From assembly GCA_034190285.1 (NCBI GenBank), contig JAXHTA010000001.1, positions 1-32,323 on the forward strand: a stretch of DNA of 32,323 nt, written 5' to 3'. Below are positions 17,648 to 24,771 of this stretch, piece by piece. This stretch comes from Thermodesulfobacteriota bacterium (lineage in GTDB: Bacteria; Desulfobacterota; DSM-4660; Desulfatiglandales; Desulfatiglandaceae). The position numbers and the translations under genes are program-made. Position 1 is the first letter of the stretch; the number at the start of each line of letters is the position of its first letter. The notes below the pieces were generated by a model. It did no database searches. It worked only from the letters and a program-made list of their open reading frames with translations, and had not been told where the DNA came from.

Positions 17648-18079
17648 TTGGGAAAGAAGTCCACAATCCTGATAGCGGATCGGAACCCTCGCGTGAGAGA
17701 GTTTCTAAAGCGTGAGATGATGGCTGAAGGCTACCAGGTCCGGCTGGCAAAGAGCGGCAGGGAAGTCCTTGAATTTGCTTATGACCACGACCCCCTTGAC
17801 TTGCTTATATTAGACCCGGATCTTCCCGATTCAAGCGAAACGCCAATACTGGAAAAGATTGAGGATCGCATCCCCTTGCTACCGGTGGTGGTTCACGCCT
17901 TTGCCCCGGATTATGGAAACCACAGCTTCTTATCGGCTACCGTGGTTTTTGTGGAAAAGAGAGGAAATAGTATCGAGGACCTCAAAAAAACGGTTCTTGA
18001 TCTTTTGAGAAAGACCGGCGTGGATCACTCGGATATCCAAAACAGGAGTAGCCGGCACCGCCACCAGCCCCGAGGTTAA
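17648..18079 (+). CDS. Stand-alone receiver (REC) domain protein, partly degenerate
   Basis: 143 aa with a TTG start after AAAGG. ILIADRN...LLILDPDLPD...VVVHAF...VEKR is a CheY-like fold signature, but DD appears as DR and the conserved T/S appears replaced. Confidence 0.65.
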   Translation: MGKKSTILIADRNPRVREFLKREMMAEGYQVRLAKSGREVLEFAYDHDPLDLLILDPDLPDSSETPILEKIEDRIPLLPVVVHAFAPDYGNHSFLSATVVFVEKRGNSIEDLKKTVLDLLRKTGVDHSDIQNRSSRHRHQPRG

Positions 18080-18143
18080 TCAGATCAGGAAAAGATAATT
18101 AAAGCTTACGCAAAAAAAGTCCTCCCTTCACCCTTCTCCCCTC

Positions 18144-18167
18144 GGAGGCTTCAGGCGTCTCTTTTTC
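18144..18167 (+). terminator. Weak candidate intrinsic terminator
   Basis: GAGGC (18145-18149) pairs with GTCTC (18157-18161), followed by TTTTT. The stem is only 5 bp with one G-U pair. Confidence 0.3.
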
Positions 18168-18250
18168 CTTTCCGGACTTCTTGAGAACTAAATTCTTTGA
18201 GCCTTATTGGTTTAAGGCAAAGCATCAATAAGCATAGCATACGTCCGTCG

Positions 18251-18267
18251 CTTTACAATATGTAAAG
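18251..18267. promoter_or_regulatory. Palindrome CTTTACA-ATA-TGTAAAG, candidate enhancer-binding-protein UAS
   Basis: Perfect 7-bp inverted repeat. Its centre is ~116 nt upstream of the GG of the sigma-54 promoter at 18374. Same half-sites as 14339-14355. Confidence 0.45.
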
Positions 18268-18373
18268 AATATCGACAAAAAATTCGTCGCCGGGCATAAA
18301 GCCATTCCGTTTATCTCCAGAAAAACGGCCTCATTCTATACGATTAGCCACTATTGCCCGCTAACCGTGTTTT

Positions 18374-18389
18374 TGGCATACCAATTGCC
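18374..18389 (+). promoter_or_regulatory. Sigma-54 (-24/-12) promoter for the permease/HK/REC gene string
   Basis: TGGCAT-ACCAA-TTGCC with GG-N10-GC spacing, ~70 nt upstream of ATG 18460. Confidence 0.7.
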
Positions 18390-18459
18390 ATAATGTTTTC
18401 CGCCAAAGAAGATGTCTCCCATCTCTTTACAATCTGTAGATACGAATTTGGAGGAAGAC

Positions 18460-20115
18460 ATGGTTCACCGTGCTACAACCGATATCCAACGTAAAGCGAG
18501 CTTCTGGGCAAGCAAACCAGGGTACAAGCCTGTCCTGTTCATAACCGCTGCTATTGTATTTGCCGGAGTGGTTATTGCACCTCCTCCCCGGAGCATGGTT
18601 GACCTGGCGGGAAAGGCCGGACCCCCCGGTTACAGGCTGGCAGGCGGGTGTGAGACTATTACAGACTGTATCAATAAAAAGCTCCGTCCCGCGGCCTTTA
18701 AGGCATCAAGAAAAGAGGATAAACAAAAGGTCGCGGAATCGGCGCCCCTATTCACGGACAGAGAAGCGGCCCAATTGGCAAAAACAATGCTGGCCATCTT
18801 TTTCTTGGCGGTCTTTCTCTGGGCAACGGAGGCCCTGCCCCTGGGGGCCACCGATTTGCTGGCAGCAGTCATGCTGTATCTGTTTTCCATCCTTCCCATC
18901 AATGAGATCTCCAAGGCTTATATGCAAGATGCCGTATTTTTTATCTTCGGCATTCTTGTGGTTGCAGTAGGTGTGGCAAAGACCGGACTTGACAAACGGA
19001 TAGGTCTGATACTCTTGAGTCGGATAAGGAGCGCCAGGGCGTTCGGCCTCGTGTTTCTTCCGCTTCTGGCGATGTCGGCGAGCTTTTTGTCCGAGCACGC
19101 CCTTGTGGCCCTTCTTATTCCTGTCTTGATGGGCGTGTACAAAGTGACGTGCAGGATGCACGGTGTGGAAAAAGACCCGGCGCTGGCCGTCTTTCTCCTA
19201 TTGGGTATATGCTTTGCCGCGAACCATGGCGGGCCGGGGTCTCCCGCGGCGGGCGGGAGAAACGCAATTATGGTAGGCTACTTCATGGAATATGGGGCCA
19301 CCATTTCCTTTTTAGATTGGATGAAATATGGCATGCCCTTTGTCCCTCTGATGGGCATTGTCATAGGCTCCTACATGTATATACGTTTGAAACCGAAATT
19401 CCGTGTCCAGAATGTCAACCCCGGTGAGGTCATCAAGACGGAAGTTGCCAGGATGCCCAAGTTCGGCGGAAAAGAGGCCAAGATGGCGGCCATACTGGTT
19501 TGTGTGGTGAGTGCATGGATAATTCTGGGGGAGCACTCTGGATTAGGGGGGCCCACCCTCTACGCGGTCATGGCCATGTTTCTCTGCCGTATTATCACCT
19601 GGGACGATATCCAGGAGGGTGTGGCTTTAGACGTGGTCGGCCTGTACGCCGCGGCCTGCGCCATGGGAGCGGGCCTTAAATTCACCGGCGGTGCCCTCTG
19701 GCTGGCCAATGCATTTGTTGCGCTGTTGCCCGATTTTATTGCGCACGGAGACAACCTGGCAATAGGAATCAGCGTTCTGACAGGGATTATGACCAATTTC
19801 ATGAGTGACGGCGCCACGGTTGCGGCCCTTGGGCCAATCGTCCTTCCCATGGCGGAACTTGCTAATGTCCACGTGTGGAAACTGGGTCTGGCCTGCGCCT
19901 TTTCCTCTTCCTTCGCCAACTTTTTGGTTGTCGGGACCCCTAACAATGCTATTGCCTTTGGCATGGGCAAGGATCCTGAGACAGGGGAAAGATTGTTGAA
20001 CGTTTTGGATTTCGTGAAGTACGGTCTGCCGGTCACAATCCTGGCGTGGCTTGTCCTGTGGTTTTGGTCCATTCTGGGATACTGGCAGTTCATGAGTTGG
20101 CCGGGACTTCCATAA
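18460..20115 (+). CDS. DASS/SLC13-like anion permease (ion-transporter superfamily), paralog 1
   Basis: Polytopic membrane protein with two hairpin-type motifs, GGPGSPAAGGRNAIM and VVGTPNNAIAF. The ORF opens at 18412, but the ATG at 18460 follows a GGAGGA RBS and lies downstream of the predicted sigma-54 start site. Confidence 0.75.
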   Translation: MVHRATTDIQRKASFWASKPGYKPVLFITAAIVFAGVVIAPPPRSMVDLAGKAGPPGYRLAGGCETITDCINKKLRPAAFKASRKEDKQKVAESAPLFTDREAAQLAKTMLAIFFLAVFLWATEALPLGATDLLAAVMLYLFSILPINEISKAYMQDAVFFIFGILVVAVGVAKTGLDKRIGLILLSRIRSARAFGLVFLPLLAMSASFLSEHALVALLIPVLMGVYKVTCRMHGVEKDPALAVFLLLGICFAANHGGPGSPAAGGRNAIMVGYFMEYGATISFLDWMKYGMPFVPLMGIVIGSYMYIRLKPKFRVQNVNPGEVIKTEVARMPKFGGKEAKMAAILVCVVSAWIILGEHSGLGGPTLYAVMAMFLCRIITWDDIQEGVALDVVGLYAAACAMGAGLKFTGGALWLANAFVALLPDFIAHGDNLAIGISVLTGIMTNFMSDGATVAALGPIVLPMAELANVHVWKLGLACAFSSSFANFLVVGTPNNAIAFGMGKDPETGERLLNVLDFVKYGLPVTILAWLVLWFWSILGYWQFMSWPGLP

Positions 20116-20178
20116 TTAATGCTGTGCGGCGTAAAGAGCTGTATACGGGCCTTTGTTCAAATGGGGTTGTAAGCCAAT

Positions 20179-21840
20179 ATGAAGAGTTCACTTTATCTGA
20201 ATCTCCAGAGGAAGATCATTTCCCTCACCTTACTGGTTTCCTTTGCTCCGCTGATTATCCTCGGCGTGACCATGTACTGCCTGTTCTCCCGGACCGCGAG
20301 GGATAAGATCGAAGAACAGATAAGATATCGAGCAAGGTCGCAGTCAGAGGCGGTGGATCTGTTTTTAAAAGAGCGCACCGCCATTCTCGGCGCGATGGCT
20401 GAAAACCGAAATATCCTTGATATTACAGATGAAAAGAACCTTTCCCACGTATTAAATGTCATGAATTCATGGGCTGGGGCCTTTGTGGATCTGGGCGTAA
20501 TTGACAATGCGGGCCGGCACCTTGCCTATGTGGGGCCCTATGATCTTAAGGGCATGAATTACTATCAGGAACCCTGGTTTGCCGAGGTCATGAGCAAAGG
20601 GATCTATGTCAGCGATGTCTACATGGGTTTCCGGCAGTCGCCACATTTTATTATTGCCGTAAGACGCCAGGAGGACGAGAGTAGCTGGATACTAAGGGCA
20701 ACTATTGATCCGGATGTCTTTAGTGGAATCGTGAGATCAGCACAGATAGGAAAGACAGGGGATGCCTACATCATAAATAAGGCCGGCGTTTTTCAGACAG
20801 GTCCCCGGTTTGATGGGCAGATTCTGTCCAAATCCGAACTAAACCCGAGTTTATTCGGCGGAAGGACGACGGTTTCTGAGCATAAAAATGGTCGTGGCAA
20901 AAAACTTCTCTATGCGGGCAGTTGGCTCAAAAACGATAAATGGCTTCTCATCATCAGCCAGGATCCGGCCGAGCAATTGAGCGGGCTGCTTGCCGCGCGA
21001 AATGTGGAGATCAGCATCATTATTTCCGGTATCCTGGCAATTATCCTGACAACGGTTTTTACAACTCGTTTGACAGTCAACCGGCTAAAACAGACGGATT
21101 TAAGGATGGATGAACTCAATGCTCAACTTATCCAGTCTGATAAATTGGCGGCGTTAGGAAAAATGGCGGCCGGTGTCGCTCATGAAATCAACAACCCGCT
21201 GGCTGTAATTATGCAGAAGACCGGCTGGATGGAGGATCTGCTTTCTGAAGAGGATTTTCAAAGGTCCGAAAATCTTAAAGAATACAAGAAGTCCCTTACA
21301 AGCATAGACGAACACGTGGAACGGGCGCGAAAGGTCGTCCACGGGATGCTTGGTTATGCCCGCAAGATGGAGCCGCATCTGGAGGATGTGGACATAAACA
21401 CGACCTTGAACCAGACGATCAGTCTTCTGGAAAATTACGCCAAAATTAATAATATCGAGATTCAAACAGACCTCCGTCCCGATCTGCCGATTATTGCAGG
21501 TGATGAGGCCCAGCTCCAACAAGTTTTCTTGAATATCATATCCAACGCGATTGACGCAATCGGCAAGGACGGTTTGATTCAGGTAAAAAACAACTGCGTG
21601 GGTTCAACAGTCAGCGTGAGTGTTACGGATGATGGGCCGGGTATTCCCGAAGACAAACAAAAAAAGGTGTTTGACCCCTTTTTTACAACAAAGCAAACGG
21701 GTAAGGGAACGGGACTCGGGTTATGGATCACCTATGGGATCATAGAAAGGATGGGGGGGTCCATTTCATTGAAAAGCGAACCCGGTAAAGGCAGCACTTT
21801 TTCCGTTAATATCCCCATTGTGCTGCCGGAGAAGAAATGA
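20179..21840 (+). CDS. Sensor histidine kinase with extracytoplasmic Cache/PDC-like domain, paralog 1
   Basis: TM1 (LLVSFAPLIILGVTMYCLF), a ~250-aa periplasmic domain (DLGVIDNAGRHLAYVGPY...PWF...YVSDVYMGFRQSPHFIIAV...GKTGDAYIIN), then TM2. H-box AAGVAHEINNPL, N-box LNIISNAID, G1 DDGPGI, FDPFFTTK, GTGLGL. Confidence 0.9.
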   Translation: MKSSLYLNLQRKIISLTLLVSFAPLIILGVTMYCLFSRTARDKIEEQIRYRARSQSEAVDLFLKERTAILGAMAENRNILDITDEKNLSHVLNVMNSWAGAFVDLGVIDNAGRHLAYVGPYDLKGMNYYQEPWFAEVMSKGIYVSDVYMGFRQSPHFIIAVRRQEDESSWILRATIDPDVFSGIVRSAQIGKTGDAYIINKAGVFQTGPRFDGQILSKSELNPSLFGGRTTVSEHKNGRGKKLLYAGSWLKNDKWLLIISQDPAEQLSGLLAARNVEISIIISGILAIILTTVFTTRLTVNRLKQTDLRMDELNAQLIQSDKLAALGKMAAGVAHEINNPLAVIMQKTGWMEDLLSEEDFQRSENLKEYKKSLTSIDEHVERARKVVHGMLGYARKMEPHLEDVDINTTLNQTISLLENYAKINNIEIQTDLRPDLPIIAGDEAQLQQVFLNIISNAIDAIGKDGLIQVKNNCVGSTVSVSVTDDGPGIPEDKQKKVFDPFFTTKQTGKGTGLGLWITYGIIERMGGSISLKSEPGKGSTFSVNIPIVLPEKK

Positions 21841-21905
21841 AGATGATCCTATAAACTTCAAAGCCGAAGTATAGCCAATTCTGGAAAGAATTTTAGGAGG
21901 CAAAA

Positions 21906-22370
21906 ATGGACCATTTCATAGTTTTGGTCGTGGATGATGAAAAGGACTTCACGGACACCCTGGTCAATCGCTTGGACAAGAGGAATATAGATGCGGCCGG
22001 CGTTTTAAGCGGGGAGGATGCCCTTGAAGCGATGAAGGTGAGACTATTTGATGTGGTGATCCTTGACGTGAAAATGCCCGGCGGAATGGATGGGATTGAG
22101 ACGCTCAGGGAAATCAAGAAGATCCAGCCCCTTGCCGAAGTTATTTTGCTGACCGGTCACGGATCGGTGGAAACGAGCATCGAGGGGATGAAATTAGGGG
22201 CCTTCGATTACCTCCTGAAGCCCGTAAAACTGGAAGATCTCCTCGTAAAGATGGCTCAAGCCTTTGAAAAAAAAGACGCCCATGATCAGAAGATTCGAAG
22301 CGCCAGGATCAAAGAATTAATCCGTTTTCCGGGAAGGGTGTTTGATCAGGAAAAAGAAGAAGAGACATAA
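21906..22370 (+). CDS. Single-domain response regulator (REC plus ~35-aa tail)
   Basis: VVDDE, VVILDVKMPGGMDGIETL, LLTGHG and FDYLLKP. No recognisable output domain. Confidence 0.9.
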   Translation: MDHFIVLVVDDEKDFTDTLVNRLDKRNIDAAGVLSGEDALEAMKVRLFDVVILDVKMPGGMDGIETLREIKKIQPLAEVILLTGHGSVETSIEGMKLGAFDYLLKPVKLEDLLVKMAQAFEKKDAHDQKIRSARIKELIRFPGRVFDQEKEEET

Positions 22371-22381
22371 GATTTAAGGCC

Positions 22382-24070
22382 ATGAAGGAGAATCATTATT
22401 CAGGTGTAAGAAGGAGCATTTTGGGCGGCATGATTTTGGTGCCCTCCCTTCCGTTTGTCTTGGTTCTGGGCATCGGGTACTATTATTTTGCCACATCTCT
22501 CCAGACCAGCACCATCTCCAGCATGAACAGGATTGTCAAAGACCACCGTCAGATGATTGATTCGTTTTTTAGCGAGCGAAAGGCCGACCTTGGCTTTATT
22601 CTCCACACATATAAATATGAGGATCTCACGGAGTCTCAAAAACTCTATGATGTCTTTGCCGGGCTGCAACGTGTATCCAGCGCGTTCTTGGATCTTGGCG
22701 TTTTTGATGAAAAGGGCCTCCATGTCAGTTACCAGGGACCTTACAAATTGGCCGGCAGGGATTATGGGAGTGAGGGCTGGTTCAAGGAGGTTCTAAAGGA
22801 GGGCTGTTACATCAGCGATGTCTTCCTTGGCTATCGCCGCATACCCCACTTCATCATCGCCTTGGCCGGACAGGATGGTAGAAAGAAATGGGTTATTCGG
22901 GCCACCATTGATACCTACATGTTTAACGGCCTGGTCAAAAAAGTGCACATTGGCAAGACCGGTGAGTCCTACCTAATTAACAGAAACGCTGTATTCCAGA
23001 CTGAGAGACGTTCAGGCGGGAATCTTATGGATAAAGCCCCTGAAAACATCAAATACCCTTTATCCCGTAGCGGGGTAGAGAACTTCGTTTTAAAAGATCA
23101 AAGGGGAGATGCGCATTGCTATGCCACGACCTGGCTCAAAAACAAGGATTGGCTGCTGGTCGTGAGACAGGAGAAGGCGGACGCGTTCAGGCTCCTTTAT
23201 TCAGCTGGCTATCTGATCCTTCTCATTTCCATAGTGGGCGGCGGAGGCATTGTTGTTCTCGCCTTCTACATGACCGGCCGGATTGTCAGGCGAATGCAGC
23301 AGATGGATATGGAAAAAGAAAAACTGGGTGATCAGCTCATCAGGGCCGGACGATTAGCGGAATTAGGCGAGATGGCGGCAGGGTTCGCACATGAGATCAA
23401 TAATCCGCTCCAGATAATGAAGAGCGAGCAGGCGCTTATGGATGCCGTTTTTTCAGAACTGAAGGAAAAAGGCCAATTAAAGGAATCAGAGGATTTGGCC
23501 GAATTGGAGGACTCCATAGCCCAAATAAGGCTTCAAATCGAGCGTTGTTCAAAAATTACACATTCCATACTCGCCTTTGGCAGAAAAGGTGAAGCCGAAC
23601 CAACGGCCGTGGACCTACGGACTTTCATTCCTGAAGTCACAGGCATGGTCGCCAAGAAGGCAATTGTCCATGGGATTCAGATGAACCAGGCTTTATTGGA
23701 AGCCCTCCCTCCGGTTCGTGTTGACCCGGCGCTTTTTCAACAGGTCTTGCTCAATCTCTTAAACAACGCCATTGACGCGATCCTGGAAAGACATGGTGCC
23801 AGCGGCGGAGAGATGTCTATTGAAGCCCGTCCGGCAGAAAATGGAGACGTGGAGATTTCTGTCAAAGATAACGGCATCGGAATCAGCCCGGATAATCAGG
23901 AAAAGATATTCAGGCCCTTTTTTACCACGAAACCGGCAGGCAGGGGAACAGGATTAGGCCTTTCCGTATGTTACAGCATAATAGACAACATGGGTGGTGT
24001 CATGAAGTTGAGCAGTGAAAAGGGCGTTGGTACGACTGTTACGATACTCCTGCCAAAAGAGACTCGCTGA
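22382..24070 (+). CDS. Sensor histidine kinase with extracytoplasmic Cache/PDC-like domain, paralog 2
   Basis: Same architecture as 20179..21840 (DLGVFDEKGLHVSYQGPY...GWF...YISDVFLGYRRIPHFIIAL...GKTGESYLIN). H-box AAGFAHEINNPL, LNLLNNAID, DNGIGI, FRPFFTTK, GTGLGL. Confidence 0.9.
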   Translation: MKENHYSGVRRSILGGMILVPSLPFVLVLGIGYYYFATSLQTSTISSMNRIVKDHRQMIDSFFSERKADLGFILHTYKYEDLTESQKLYDVFAGLQRVSSAFLDLGVFDEKGLHVSYQGPYKLAGRDYGSEGWFKEVLKEGCYISDVFLGYRRIPHFIIALAGQDGRKKWVIRATIDTYMFNGLVKKVHIGKTGESYLINRNAVFQTERRSGGNLMDKAPENIKYPLSRSGVENFVLKDQRGDAHCYATTWLKNKDWLLVVRQEKADAFRLLYSAGYLILLISIVGGGGIVVLAFYMTGRIVRRMQQMDMEKEKLGDQLIRAGRLAELGEMAAGFAHEINNPLQIMKSEQALMDAVFSELKEKGQLKESEDLAELEDSIAQIRLQIERCSKITHSILAFGRKGEAEPTAVDLRTFIPEVTGMVAKKAIVHGIQMNQALLEALPPVRVDPALFQQVLLNLLNNAIDAILERHGASGGEMSIEARPAENGDVEISVKDNGIGISPDNQEKIFRPFFTTKPAGRGTGLGLSVCYSIIDNMGGVMKLSSEKGVGTTVTILLPKETR

Positions 24071-24293
24071 CGAGGCAAATATTTCGAAAGCTCAACGGCA
24101 ACTTCCAAAGAAAACACGGTTAGCGGAGCTGATATTTGAGCAAGAATCGGCCTTTTGAAGGTAAGACACCACGACCCGAGGGAATCTCTTTTGCCAAAGC
24201 CGAATTACAATGGGTCAGCAACAGGGCGATGAATGTTTCGAAGACCGATCAGCACTACGTTTTTGGGATGTTAGAACAACGGGGGGATATAGG

Positions 24294-24761
24294 ATGGAAC
24301 ATATGAAAATTATGTTGGTTGATGATGAGGAGAGGTTCCTTTCCACCACCAAAAAACTTCTTGCGAGGAAAGGTCATGATATTTTCACTGCAACCGGCGG
24401 CGCTGACGCCCTCGAACAACTGCGAATCCACAGTATTCACGTGGTGATCTTAGACGTCAAGATGCCAGGCATGGACGGCATTGAAACCTTGAAGGCCATT
24501 AAAAGGATTTATCCTATGGTTGAGGTGATTATGCTGACCGGTCACGGCACAGTGGATTCCGCCGTTGAAGGTTTGAAGTCCGGAGCCACGGACTATTTGA
24601 CCAAGCCCACCGATGTGAATGACCTCATTGAAAAAGCGGAAGAGGCATTTGAAAAAAGACAGAGACTGGAAGAAAAAATCCGTGTGGCCCAGGTGCGAAG
24701 CTTCATGAAGTCTCCAGGTGAGATTATTAGAGAAACCGAAAAGAGTTCACGCGAAAGATGA
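24294..24761 (+). CDS. Single-domain response regulator (REC plus ~35-aa tail), paralog of 21906..22370
   Basis: LVDDEE, VVILDVKMPGMDGIETL, MLTGHG and TDYLTKP. The ORF opens at 24210, but ATG 24294 (or 24303) preceded by a G-rich SD fits REC N-termini. Confidence 0.9.
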   Translation: MEHMKIMLVDDEERFLSTTKKLLARKGHDIFTATGGADALEQLRIHSIHVVILDVKMPGMDGIETLKAIKRIYPMVEVIMLTGHGTVDSAVEGLKSGATDYLTKPTDVNDLIEKAEEAFEKRQRLEEKIRVAQVRSFMKSPGEIIRETEKSSRER

Positions 24762-24771
24762 GGTGAAGAAA

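Noticed and set aside
18554-20093. Multiple alternative-frame and antisense ORFs inside permease 1 (for example 18554..18970 +, 18748..19161 -, 19560..20093 -)
   Set aside because: They are embedded in a strongly supported polytopic transporter CDS. Their Arg/Pro/Gly-rich products are typical of off-frame translation of GC-moderate membrane genes.
24079-24139. Imperfect long hairpin (CAAATAT...AGCTC / GAGCT.ATATTTG) in the 223-nt gap after Cache-HK 2, considered as a terminator or internal promoter
   Set aside because: There is no T-run and the loop is large (~32 nt). No -24/-12 or convincing -35/-10 motif lies nearby, so the evidence is insufficient to call a feature.
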